Shown piece after piece: positions 33,214-45,980 of a stretch of 64,000 nucleotides of DNA. The position numbers and the translations under genes are program-made. The first letter of the stretch is position 1. The number at the start of each line of letters is the position of its first letter. The notes under the pieces were generated by a model. It made no database searches. It saw only the letters and a program-made list of their open reading frames with translations, and had not been told where the DNA came from. The stretch comes from Azolla caroliniana (lineage: Eukaryota > Plantae > Polypodiophyta), in the NCBI GenBank assembly GCA_043228905.1, contig JBHGNT010000002.1:26226001-26290000 (forward strand), in the 5' to 3' direction.

Positions 33214-36200
33214 ATGGGAGCGATCACGGAAGCGATGTTGAAGCGACGTTCAGAACATAACGATGGGATACTGCATGATTTGGAGGTGTGAAAGAGAGAG
33301 ATTCAGAGATTGCATTGATATGTGTTTAGAAAAAAAAAGGAGAAAAAAGCAGGGGAAAAAACATTTAAAACGTACTAGCATCCTCTAAGCCCTGAAGTAT
33401 ACATTTGGGACAAATATACTTCCAACATCCAATACATTCCACATTTGGCCACGAAAAGAAGCTAGAAGAGTGTTAGTTTGGGCATCATACTGGACATTGC
33501 ATTTGAGCACAAAAAGAAGTTCGAAAGTGTTAATTTTGTTTATCCTTTACCTTTGGGCTCAAAAGGAAGCTAGATAGAGTTAGTTTTATTTGTCCATTAC
33601 CTTTAGGCACTAACAGGAGCTAGAAAGTGGTCGGTTTATTTTTCCATTACTTTTGGGCACAAACAGAAGCTAGAAAGTGTTGATCTTGCTTATACAACTG
33701 GACATGCACAACAAAGCTATAAAAGAATTAACTTGTTGGCGTGAGCAGGAACTTGTTTTGCAAGAGGAGAGTCTGGAAAGGATTGATAAGATACTTGGCA
33801 TTTTGTGTCCACACTTGAAATTCTTATATATGCCAAACAACCTCATAGCACGTATTGGTAATTCCTCAACTTACATTTTCTGCCTTCAAGATTGAGATGT
33901 ATAGTTTTTAATGTTTTATATATATATTTTTTCTTAAACCATTATCTTTCCAAGTGGTATTGTCTTCCCTAAAATGTGTGCATTTTGCAGTGGTTGCCTA
34001 TGCTTCATATCTAGAATCTTACATAGACTAGGTTGGCCTATCCAAATATTGGTCAAATGTATCTATGAAATTTGGTATGACATTGAAAGGAAAATATTGA
34101 TGCATTTGTTTGTTTTATAACTTTTTGTAGAAAATCTACACCGATTGAAAGAGCTAAAGTATTTGAACTTGGCACTCAACAACATTACGAAGGTATATAA
34201 ATCGGCTAAGAATTCCAATTCTAGGTGAATCTTTGTGTGTTTACAAGCTTTAGATGTCTCTGTTGTGGAGATTTAAAATGAATTGGAGTCAAATGGTTCC
34301 GTATATTTTGTTAAAATATTTTAATCTTTGCATGTTTATAAGCTTTGGATACATCATTATCATAGGTTTCTGGATGATTTCAAGTTTATGATCTGATTTT
34401 GTTTGTCAAAGGTTTTCAGATAGAGGGATTGGAGCAATGTGAATCGCTTGAAAAGCTAGACTTGACCTTGAATTTTGTTGATCAAAGCCAATTTGTTTCT
34501 GTTTCAAAACTTTCTTGCAATGTGCACTTACGAGAATTGTAAGTGGTTATCATAGTTTTGTTATTATATTCGGCATTCTATAACACCATTTTACAAATGT
34601 TTGAGCTTATACCTCTATAACACCCCAAAGGCTATATTTTCTTTGCAAATGTCAAGTGTTGTACATGCTGATAGAGAAAATGTGTGATGAAGGTGAACAT
34701 TTTAAAGTAGAAAATTCTGCTTATCAGTCCCATAAACACCAATATTTGTGCTTGTCAATATCTTCTTGTGCAATGATTTGGTGATGTGCTTTTGAATTTT
34801 CTTTCTTTCATTGTGTTGGAAGTGTGTGTCAGGCAGATTATCCATCTTATATTTTAAAATTTTCTTCTTCTAGTTTTAATTTTTCACTCTACCAACTGTG
34901 GGGTTGAGTGTCAATGTTCTTTAGGTGGGTATTATATATGCAGCTGTCATCCGTCTCTCGTCTCCTTGATGAGATGTTTGTTGAATATGTGGTATATTTC
35001 TACTAGGAGAGTTGAATTATAGATGTCCTTCCATCTGACATAAATTCAACACCAGTCAGTTCTTTGGAATCATCTCATACATGAGTTTAAGGGTTACCAA
35101 CAAGTAAACCAGCTCATATTGATAGAGCTCCAATGAGTGTAGAATGAGATATTCTTTTGATCCCTGGACTCTGACAAGACATTTGAACATAAACAACTGC
35201 AACTTAAACATTCTTCATGGAGTGTTTCTAGTATCTATATAGAGGTTCTTTATGATACTCTGCATCCATACAAAAAACAGGATTATAGTAATGTGGTTTT
35301 GGGCGTGCATTTCTTAGTTGGAGTGATCTCTATGCTCGTGTTTGATTATATTTTATTGGTAATTTCGGCATCAGATTGAGTAATTTACACTGTAGAGTCT
35401 CATACATGCACCACAATGAGGTTATCTTGGTTCGTCAGGGTAACTTACAATCGTCCACTTTTCTCAACAAACTTCCAGCAGCTCCTTGGAGTGCAAACAT
35501 CCTTATGTACCGAGCCCTAGAATCATGGTTACTGAAGATAGTTTAGAGTCTTCTGCTGTTGATGTTTATGTTTCACAAAGAGTATCCATATTTTGCTTGA
35601 CATTTACATATGTACACATTGCCCTCTGACTTTGGTTTTTATAATTCTTGGAGATTTTTGAGATATATGTTATTTATTTGTCTCAAAGCTTTACCACACT
35701 AACACCTTGGATAAGCAAAAAGCAACCAATTCGAATTTCAAGTTAGATACTTTTATATCATTTCCTCTTTTGCTTTTGAAGATTTTTAATAGGGAATCCG
35801 TGCCAAGATGTACCTGGATATCGACTTTTTGTCATTGCGACACTCACTCAATTGAAGGTGATTATTGCGAACTATAATATATTTTTATTTATCATATATT
35901 TCGGTTATTTTAATCCTTACATGTGCATAACGATGCATTTAATTAATTAAATTATCTCTTTGAAAATGGGGGAAAGGAGTGAATGCAGACAACATGTGCC
36001 CTTTTTGTATGAATCTAGTAGAGATTGCTAAGCATTGTTTGTGGAGTTGTGACTCTGCGATGGAAATATGGAAAAGAATCGCAAAACTGTTGATACCAGT
36101 ATATCCCGAGCGGTGTATACATGGGGGGCGGTATTATGGGTGGTGGTACAAGATAAACCAATGGTATATGAACAAGAAGATGTTGCAAACGTTCTTGGAC

Positions 36201-39200
36201 ATGGTCTGATGCAAAAAACATTTATACCTCTAAATCCACAAATAGAGACTGATAAACCTGAAATATGACAATTGGTATATTTGGAAGGCTAGATGTTGGA
36301 AGGTATTCCAAAATGTGACTGAAAGACCTGTCCAGATAATTTCTGGGATTTGGACAGAGATTGTGCATAATCTCAAAGGTTCTTTGGATACAGGCAGAGC
36401 TAAAATGATTGGAGTTTCATGCCATATGGAACAAAGGAATATTATATAGACAGGTTTCTGATAAGGGTGGAGTCATCCTACTCTACACTGAAGTATTTAT
36501 TTAAGTCGACAATTAGAACTTAGAGAGAGGCTCATTACCTAAATGCACATATTTTATGGATAGCCTTAGGCCATTTCTTAATACTAATGTAGTATCTTTT
36601 TTGGAAGAAACTTATCTCTTTGAATCCTCTTTAAGAGGGAATAGGGTCATTATGGTACATTGAAATGTCCAAATATAAGCATAGGTAATGGTATGTCCTT
36701 TTATAGAGTTCCATAGTGTGGCTTTCTACAAACTTCCCATACCTTTAATATGCTTATGAAGGTTCAGACATGCATCTGCCATACAGATATAAGAAGGATC
36801 TAATCATATCTCTAAATCAATGTCATGAGGATGTGCTAATATCAATATGGAACCATTTGAATCACACATCATGCTTTACTTGTTCTTCATATGGGCCCAT
36901 CATTCTGTCTCCTTTTATATCATGTTCATCTTTGTTTCTTCCTCCTGTTTAGAGTTTCTTGTATGTTAACATTCTCTTTACCATCTCTTCTGTTCCAGTG
37001 AGCCAAGCTAGAATTGGAACCATTACTGCCACTTTCCTGTAAATAACGGGCTATAGTAAAGTCATTAACATGTACTCCAATCAAATTGATTTTGGAACCA
37101 TGGAGACACAACATATATATGATCAAACACCATTATCTGAAATCAATAAAAGATTGGTGATTGCCAGCCTTGATTGAAGCACATGGATAAAGAAATTACA
37201 TTCTCAATAGACATGTGGAAAGTTCTCTGATCATTTGTATTAGCATCTATATTTGAGACTTTCCTTTCCAAATGTATTTTCTGTGCACTCTTAATCAGTT
37301 TTCCAGCCTAAATATATTGTCTTCTCGATTTATTTTGTTTCTCCAAATTACATAGCTTCTTAGCAACTGATTCTTCCACAATAGATAGATTTATTATCAT
37401 CCTGGGCAATCAAATATGACCTATGGAACTAAAAGACTTTCAAATCAATTGTGAAATTGATGTGTGATTCTCTATATTCAAGAATTGTATTACTGGACAT
37501 TGCAATTGGGGGTTGTACATTGTGGCTGGGACAGGAAAAACATAATGCATAGCAAAATAGGGTAAATGAAAATGGTTGAAGATGAAGATGTAAAGAAGCA
37601 AAATAGGTTGAGTAAAGTGAAGTTGTTGCAAAGATAATTGCTTGGAAAGCATCTAATATAGAGATACATTCCATGGGGCATGAATGCCACTAACTGTTAA
37701 AGGAGACATTGGCATAATTTTAAACACTTGTTATACCTGCTCTTGTCATCTTGATTTGGTAAAATACTTCCTTTAGTTGATTATGCTTCAATATGAAACC
37801 CCTCTCCTCTCATTTTGTTAGTAAACTTTTCTGTCGACATAATTTTTTTAAAGAAATGGACATTTTTTTGATTGCATCATTCATGGGAATCTCTTAGCGG
37901 CTTGATGGCATTGAAATCAAACCTTCCGAAAGAATACGAGCAAAACAAGTATACTTCCTGATTCCTCTCACATTCAGAAAATAACTGCTTAAACAATCTA
38001 TGATTGCTTTTAGATTTAAAGTTCTAAGATTGTTGTTATTTTTAATTTTAGGAACTTGATGCGATTGTGATACAATTGAACACCAAGAATAATGTTATGA
38101 AGACTGAAACAACGTTGAACAAGACCACATCAGCAATGTTGGTAGTAGTAGTCTTTCAGCATTTGTTTTTAGTGGTGTTGTGTTCCTTTCAACATTTCTG
38201 ATGAAATGTCAATTTACTATTTTATCTAGAAATGATAAAGGACAGATAATCAGAGAATATACTCCAGAAACTAGGCTTGCTGAACATGCTGAGTTGGAGG
38301 AGATGCGACGTGGAGAGAAAAAGCAAGAGGTCAGTGCTATTTCACACGTTGCAAGCTTGAATTTTCCCTTTATTTATGTTTTGTAGGTAAGGTAAGAACT
38401 AAATTGATTTATTTGTCAAAAATGTTAATTATTTTAGGAATTCCTTAAATATATCATTTTAGCAGTTCCTTGAACATATTTAACCTTGGATAACTTGCCC
38501 AACCTGAGAATAGCTATAATATCTTGAAGTTCTGTTTAATTTGGGTCTCAATCATTGGAATTTTTATAAGGATGCTCGATCCTATCCTAGATGATATAAA
38601 ACTTAACCAACACATCTGCATTATTTTTTCCCATAAAATATTTATTGATTAAATTTTAATTATTTTAACTGTCAATTTGTTTTTCTTCACAGCAGTATTT
38701 ATTTTCATTATTCTTCAGACCATTTTATTTAGTTATTTTGCTGTCTTGCCAATTATATTTATGGTCAGCAAGAACAGGAGTCCAAGAAAACATGTCGCAG
38801 GAATGGTTTTGACCCTCTACCAACTGAAGGAAGAATCTACCAAAAGAATGAAGGAGGGTATGCATGCATTATTGTACATATATTCTTTATGGAAAGACCC
38901 AAGATTTTCTTCCTAAGAAAACAAAGAAAATGAAGATGGCAATTTATGGAAATTTCCCAGAGTAATGTGTTTAGATTACGAATGCATTAAAGATTTAGTA
39001 ATATGAGAGAGACGTCAGTTGTTTTATGTAAAATCTCTCATAGTTGATGGTTTACATAATTTAAGGTGGAACTTTCGGCTCATGGAAAGTGAGTGCAATA
39101 CTAAAGTTATGCTCGATGTGCCTGTCGGGCGCTTTATGGATACATCATTAATTCAAATAGATATACAACCTACATTGGTGAGAATATTAGTGAAAGGAAA

Positions 39201-39463
39201 ACTTTTGCAGCTCTTGCTTCCAGATGAGGTAACTTCTTGAGTCCAAAGGAAAAACATTTATGGGCTATTTATCTTGCCAAGATGACCAATTTCAAGGATT
39301 TAAAAAAGAATATTTCTGGCCATGATTATGATCTGGTTTCTAAAATGATTTGCCCAAACTGTAGAAAAAAAAATAAAAAAAAATACAACTAATATTTGAC
39401 AAAGGCTGAAGGATTAGCCCAATTATTTTTATACTTGAACTGTCATATATCCAAAAATCTTCT

Positions 39464-39520
<57 letters not shown>

Positions 39521-39593
39521 GTAATTAGCTTACTCTAGTGGTAGGTAAGTAAGTTGTTTACACTACTAGCACTACATCTTGGGTTCAATACCC

Positions 39594-39650
<57 letters not shown>

Positions 39651-40247
39651 CCTATTCTATTTCTATTTAATTTTTTACTAAGTTACAGTTTTTAGTAATT
39701 TGTTATCAAAGATGAGACAACATTTTAAGATGTAATATCTTATTTTGGTCTTATATGCCATTTTGGCCTCTTAAAAGACATTAATATATCACTCTTTTTC
39801 TCTCTTTCTCACAGGTAAATCCTGATGGAAGCATTGCACAAAGGTCCACTACAACTGGAAATCTACTCATCTCTATGCCTAAGGCAAATTCAAATGCTCG
39901 CATAAATATTTGGACTAAAGAAACAAGTTCACTCTTCTATGAACAACCACCTAAGAAACATACCAGAGAAAACCACTCTTTTTGTGATAAACAAGAAACT
40001 TCCATCCTCCAAGAAGAAGAGCACGTAACAATTCAGGTACTCAAAACTACACGTAATTCTCTCTTCTGGTTGTATTGAGCTTCACAAGTATCTCTATTGA
40101 TATTCTGCTGGCATAAATAAGTCAGACGTTCTATGGTGGTTAAATAATTGTAGTTTTATGCAGAAACCATCAATAAGAGAGAAGAATCCACAAGAAAATG
40201 TCTCTACAATGGAGGCAGATTTGGAGGATTTGCCTGAATTAGAGTAA
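33214..40247 (+). CDS. DNAAF11: Dynein axonemal assembly factor 11 (LRRC6/TilB homologue): LRRs, LRRcap and CS-like domain, 12 exons
   Basis: MGAITEAMLKRRSEHNDGILHDLE / ELVLQEESLERID..CPHLKFLYMPNNLIARI / ENLHRLKELKYLNLALNNITK / IEGLEQCESLEKLDLTLNFV..NVHLREL / FLIGNPC..YRLFVIATLTQLK / RLDGIEIKPSERIRAKQ / ... / YTPETRL / RIYQKNEG / RWNFRL..FMDTSLIQIDIQPTLVRILVKGKLLQLLLPDE / VNPDGSIAQRSTTTGNLLISMPK / ..DLPELE*. Colinear with animal LRRC6 as I recall it. Confidence 0.92.
33443..33682. repeat. 50-bp minisatellite (~4.5 diverged copies) in DNAAF11 intron 1
   Basis: Units begin at 33501, 33551, 33601 and 33651 (plus ~33443) with TTTGGGCAC..A.A.GAAGCTAGAAAGTG. Confidence 0.8.
35970..36470 (+). mobile_element. 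L1-type LINE 3' fragment (zf-RVT zinc-binding region) in DNAAF11 intron 5
   Basis: CPFCMNLVEIAKHCLWSCDSAMEIWKRI matches the C-x2-C...E...H.L..C...IW motif. Frameshifted. Confidence 0.7.
39520..39596 (+). mobile_element. Possible tRNA-like SINE remnant between two (TC)n tracts in DNAAF11 intron 10
   Basis: TAGCT..CTAGTGGTAGG (A-box-like) and GGGTTCAATACC (B-box-like). Confidence 0.4.
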
Positions 40248-41030
40248 ACTCAACTTTGGTTCTCAAGGAAAAACACACTGACATTCTGATGTATATTGAA
40301 CTCTGAATATCATGCATTAACATGGCTCTATGGAATCATATAAATATATATCTTAAATGAGATATTTTCCCTCCAAAAGCAATTTGAACTTTTTTCTTTA
40401 AAGACCTTTTCTGTAATGGAAAACATCGAAGCACCACACAAAAATACATATATACATATTCTCGCTAATTGAACACTTCAAACAGCATGTGAAAGGGAAT
40501 GTTGTTAGTGGTCTCTCTACATGGAGTAAACGTCTAAGCCGAATTATCAACTGTCAGTTTAATTGACGGTATTGAAATACAGAATCGTGATATCTTAAAA
40601 ACTATTGACAATTGAAAAGATTCAACTCAACTAAAAATAATACAATATGTGAATCCCAAAACAATAGGCAACGGAAGGTAAATCTTATTCTACTAACCAC
40701 CTTAGTGGACTTCTGGATTAAAATTTTTGACCTGACCATTATATTAGATTTAAACATTCCCTCCTAATAGCCTGTGAGTCAACCTATTTAAACTGATCAC
40801 AATTTACAAATCTATGAATATTAGAGGAACATAATTACCATAAAAAATTCCACTCAGAGGTAGCTATATATGCACACATGCAATCAACATCTGACCATGA
40901 AACTTTAAAATGGAAAGGCATCTCTCTCACTCTCGCTCATTCAACACAATGTGTGAGAAATGAAAAGCTTTTCTTAGGCATCTGAAGATGCTGGGTAAGT
41001 TACATTGGTACAAAAACGAAAAAGGAATCA

Positions 41031-41277
41031 TCAAAACTTGTTCAAATCAATGCCATTCTCTTTTGCTACTGTTTGCAAACCCTTCATATCAACTGTCTTG
41101 ATGGCCTTTGTTGATAACCTCATCTTCACAAAGCGCTTGCCTTCTTCCCACCAAAGGCGTTTGTATTGCAAATTCACTTGTTGGAGCTTCTTTGTCCTGT
41201 GGTTGGAGAAGGAGACCTTGTACCCGTTGTTCCTTTTCTTACCAGTCATATCACAAACTCTACCTGCAATTCAAAGC

Positions 41278-41355
<78 letters not shown>

Positions 41356-42375
41356 TCACACATGTGTATGACTTTATGATTCGAAGTGTGAATATCCCTT
41401 CTTAGGAAGGAGACACACATCAAGAAAACTTGTGCTCTTAGGTGTCGTGGGTTTGGCCTCTCTATGGACGGAAACAAATATATAATCTCTATGTCTTATC
41501 ACTCACTCAACATACACACACACGTCTCTCAATCTATTTTGCTTAAGATCTCTGTTATAACCATGAATCCATCCATTTATCTCTTGCACATAAGACAGAC
41601 ACATACATCTACACATCTGTACACATGCACGCATGAATACCAACCATGGGTTAGCTGCAATCTAGTTTTAATCAAGACTTAGGGCATCATGTGAAATCAT
41701 GGACGGTAGCTTAACTTACAAAACCATGGGCTAGTAACAAATCTAGTGTTTAATCAAGATTTAGGGTATCATGTGAAACCTGTATCACCAGAATTAGCTA
41801 CTTTTCTTTTAGCTTATATTAAGCATTTGCATTATGTTTCGGATGAAGGTTGTGACTTTGGTCATATAGGTTGTTTTCCACATTTCCCTCTGTCGCTCTC
41901 AAATTTTAGGGGGAGACTCTGAAATATCCTTGGTTTTTCTTTATGTTCCCTTGTATTCCTCAATGTAGAAGTTTCTTCTGAAAGAGAGGAATTTGGGAGG
42001 ATTAGTTGCTCAGATAGAGCATATAATCAAGAAGAAAAGGATGAATCAACATAGTACCATAAGCTCAAGTGCATTTTGGGGAAAGGTTGTAACACTGGTT
42101 TGGGAGAAACATGCCCACATCATTCTTTTCTAATCTGACTTTCCACATCACATTCCATCTCTGACATCCAATTTCTCTATGAAAAATAACGAATATAAGA
42201 AAAACAAACGGAAAAAAAACACCTTACTTGCAAGAGGCTGAACAACGAGAGGTCGAACGGAGACAGCGACACGCGAGGTCTGAAGGGGATTAATTCCAAG
42301 AGAAGAAGAAGAAGCACAGAATTGAGAGTTCCGAAAGGAGAGAGAAGGTAAGGAGGTTGCCATAGCCATAGCCAT
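41031..42375 (-). CDS. RPL28: Nuclear-encoded plastid 50S ribosomal protein L28 (bL28c) with transit peptide, 2 exons (42375-42228, 41263-41031)
   Basis: Ser/Ala-rich transit peptide [18 protein letters not shown].. followed by [57 protein letters not shown]. In-frame GT-AG junction. Confidence 0.95.
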
Positions 42376-42859
42376 ACTGTAGGGAAGAAGGACCTTGGGT
42401 TGGGGGAGAGGAGAACAGAGCTCCACCACAGGCCTTTATCTCATAAGCTAATGTCATCCATCACATACATACATACATACATACATACATACATACATAC
42501 ATGATACATATATATAATGTATGTATATATGTATTATGTATATATATATATGTATATGTATATGTATATGTATATATATAATGTATGTATTGTTGGTTTG
42601 TTCTTTTTATTTATAAGGAGACACACATGCATGCTACATGCATACATAGAGAAGATCAAGAAAAAATGGCCGGGGTATTTTTTTCGTCCTTCGTGGTCGA
42701 GAGGGGGACAGAGCAATTGGGCGGACGGGCAATATGCACCTTGTGTGTGTGTGTGTGTAAAAGCACATGATTATATTAATTGTATGTAAAATCCGCTTGT
42801 TAGAACACTTCTTAGTCTCCTCTACCTATCAATATCTATCCTATCCTATGCCTATGTAG

Positions 42860-43256
42860 GGAGAGGGACATCTTGTAATCCCACTAGAAAACCTGAATAT
42901 GCATTTGAGGAAATGATCCCCACATGCTCTAACATCCAAAAATTCCACGGAAGAATAGCTTTCAACTTCTCAAACATTCTTGTAATTTCTCCCAAATAAA
43001 ATACATAACTTGGCGGAATGCACAACCATCGTTTGGCGTTTTCAAAATTTGACAATCTTTGAGGTTCATTATCAACCACGTCTCCCAAGTGTACAACCCC
43101 CAACGAAATAAACGATCGAATTGAGATCTCAGCTTCTCTTTTCCATACCAATACAACACTCGAGAAGAAACAAGCAATTCATTTTGTAACGAACTATAAA
43201 ATTCTCGATCACTTGATGTTGCCGACTCAAATAAAGTATAATTCATCTTGCCATGA
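42860..43256 (-). mobile_element. LINE-derived fragment related to the copy at ~51740-52105
   Basis: Shares TGGAATTT.TGGATGTTAGAGCATGTGGG (WNFWMLEHVG) with 52061-52090 and starts at a (GA)n tract on the minus strand. Confidence 0.55.
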
Positions 43257-45439
43257 TCTCTCTCTCTCTCTCTCTCTCTTGTTTTTCTTTCCTTCCCCGA
43301 GTCCCTTCGTTTTGGGCCGACTATCAACCCCACCTTATTTGAGAGTTTTTTTCCTTTTGAGGTCCATGTGTCTCACGTCTAAAGAGCAATGAATCCCAAT
43401 GTCTGAAATTTGTTTTATGTGGCATTAATGTGAATCACATCTTTCCCAAATTGAATAGTGTAAGAAAACCTCTTTCATCCATGAATTTGGTGTGGCATCA
43501 TGAATGCAAATGCAAATGTAATGCATCCCATCATCCAAACCATTATTGCATATCTTGCACCCCTTCAAAACTCGATATTTTGCGTTGGTTATGTTTGTGC
43601 TCTCAAATGAACAATAAACCCTCTTTCCCGCTTCAAAGCAATGAGTTGTACATCTATTCCATGTATGATTAGCTCAAATGGTCAAGGTCAAGGTATTTTA
43701 AGTTTTCCACCATTTCAAGTGGTTTCTTATTGGCATCAGTTTACTAGGCATCTAAAAGCTTACAAAATACTCATAAGAGACTTTTATGCATCTTCTAAAG
43801 TATTTGTTGAAAGCACCACATCCTTGGTGTATACCACATTAGAATGACAACTTCTTCAATTCCATCTTGTGCATAAAATTGAAAACCATTTGTCTCAAAT
43901 AATCAATTTATAACCAAAAGAGGTTGGTGTGAGTGTATGTATATCCTTGCGTAGCCCTAATGTTGATGAAATATTCAAAACCTCCATCTCCCCTATGCAC
44001 ATGGCATATCACATTCTCTTTGATGTATTGCAAGCATGTTCATTTGCTTGGTATTTTGAGTTCTACCATATCTCCAAATATGGTTTGAGCCATCAATATA
44101 TTAGAACCTTTCTTGAGGTCTACAAATCAACATGTTATTTTACCTTTTAAATGTCCGGATGAATGAGAAGGTAGCCAACGATGTTATGATTGTTTTTGAA
44201 AAAAGTATTTGTTAATGATGCGCTCTTCCTCATCTCTTTAGTCCACACTTTTTTTACTCCATATCCAAATAAAAATTTCATAACAAAGCCACCATGATTG
44301 TCCTTTAGTTTCGTACATTATTTGTATAGCCCCTTTTTATGTAAAGGTTTGATCTAACTTGCACTCCAATCCTCAAGCATGCCATGTTGTGGTGTAGAAG
44401 TAAACATATAACCTACCAAAGGATGTGTCCCCTTTTTGGTTTGTTTGATTATTTTGGGTTTGATAACTTGAAGATCATGTGCTTCATAAAGAAGAATTTT
44501 CTTAAGCAATCTATGCAGATCGTCAACAATGAAGAGGGAACATGTGTATTTTAAGAGGACCATAACTCATCATCCTTTCCAAGTATAATTGCTCGCAAAT
44601 TTTCTTACAATGCAACTATAGTCATAACATGATCAATTAACAACAACAATTGAAAGGTGCGCACCAAGTTCATGAGTTGCTATTCAACAAACATCAAATA
44701 GCCTTTTTTTTCAAACATGGATGAAATATTAATTTATGTTACAATGACATGGTAGTAGTGTAGGTGCCATGTTGAGAAACATAATTCCATGACTACATGC
44801 CACATTGGGATGTCTACTTGGGATTTTGGATGTTAGTGTGTCGTTTAGAATCAAGGAAATCTACCTTGGTTACTTTGTTAGAGGTGTGGACAAATGGATG
44901 AAACCGTCTTCATCTAAAATGAACTTGCAACAAGTCACCCATGCAATATTTGTCTAGCAACAACTTATCCATATCCATTGTCTACAATTGTGATTCCTTC
45001 CTAATCAACTCTAGAAACTCATGTGTCTCTTTCTTTCTTTTTTACCACAAGACCTTGAGTTATTTACCATCTGCTTTTGTGTGCCTTTGATACCTCTACC
45101 AACAATAATCTTGCAATGAGCATTCAAGTAAATTACTTGGGGCTTCCCTCAAATGATGCCTTTGTGATCGTCATGTGTCTCATGGCTGTTGTGCCCTATT
45201 TTTGTAATGTTTTGAATATAGCGTGTTGTAAATCAATATTCTCGTGGGTGGTTTTTCATCTCACTTTGAGATTTCCTAGAAGTAATATAATGGCAATGGT
45301 AAAAAAGAAAACATCTAGAAGAAGAATCAATACCAATCTTCTCTATGACTTTCAAATGTCAAGTCTATATTACAAGCTTGTATGTTGTGTCCAAAAGCAC
45401 ACATCGATTCTAGGTCTTAAATCATGAGAGTTTGGTGAT

Positions 45440-45705
45440 TAGGTGGTTTAGCTCAGCTCAGTTCAGGCTCGAGCGTCGTAAATCAGTTTGAGCTCAGTTA
45501 GGCAAGGCTGAAGCCGAACTGAACCATATTAGGCCAAACCGGATAAGGCTAAGCCGTTTGTCCAAACCGGTCCGAGACTGGTTTAGGCTTAACCATGTTA
45601 GGAACCGGCCTGGGTTCAAGTTTGAGAACTTCCAAACCGGTTAAGGCTTAACCAGTATGGTTTGGACAAAGGCCAAACTGGTTAAGTCGAAGCCAAATTG
45701 TTGGC
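45440..45705. repeat. Cluster of short palindromic motifs (GGTTAAGGCTTAACC, CAAACCGG) resembling DNA-transposon subterminal repeats
   Basis: Repeated CAAACCGG / GGTT..GGCTTAACC motifs are visible. A looser similar cluster lies at ~2540-2925. No TIR pair or TSD resolved. Confidence 0.4.
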
Positions 45706-45980
45706 GATTCCTATAGACTAGCCCCCATGGGCTAGCAGGGGTCATAGACACATCCCATGAATGTTATCTGCGCTAAGGCTAGCCGGCAAACACGCGAGAA
45801 CATGAACATGAATATGAGATGAGGCCTCCTCACCCAACCCAACCCAACCCAACCCAACCCTTCCTTTCCTTTCCTTACAAACAAAGACGAGTTTTGTGAT
45901 GATAAATAATGATGATGCTCTTCTTCACTTCAGATCCTTCCTTCCTTTACACACACATTCTTGACTTGACATGACTTGAC

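Noticed and set aside
35740-35790. Possible microexon or U12-type intron in DNAAF11
   Set aside because: An ordinary AAG acceptor ending at 35781 yields the expected RELFLIGNPC without one.
43380-45430. Transposase gene between RPL28 and the unknown gene
   Set aside because: It looks like decayed transposon sequence, but I could not identify a diagnostic motif, TIR or TSD.
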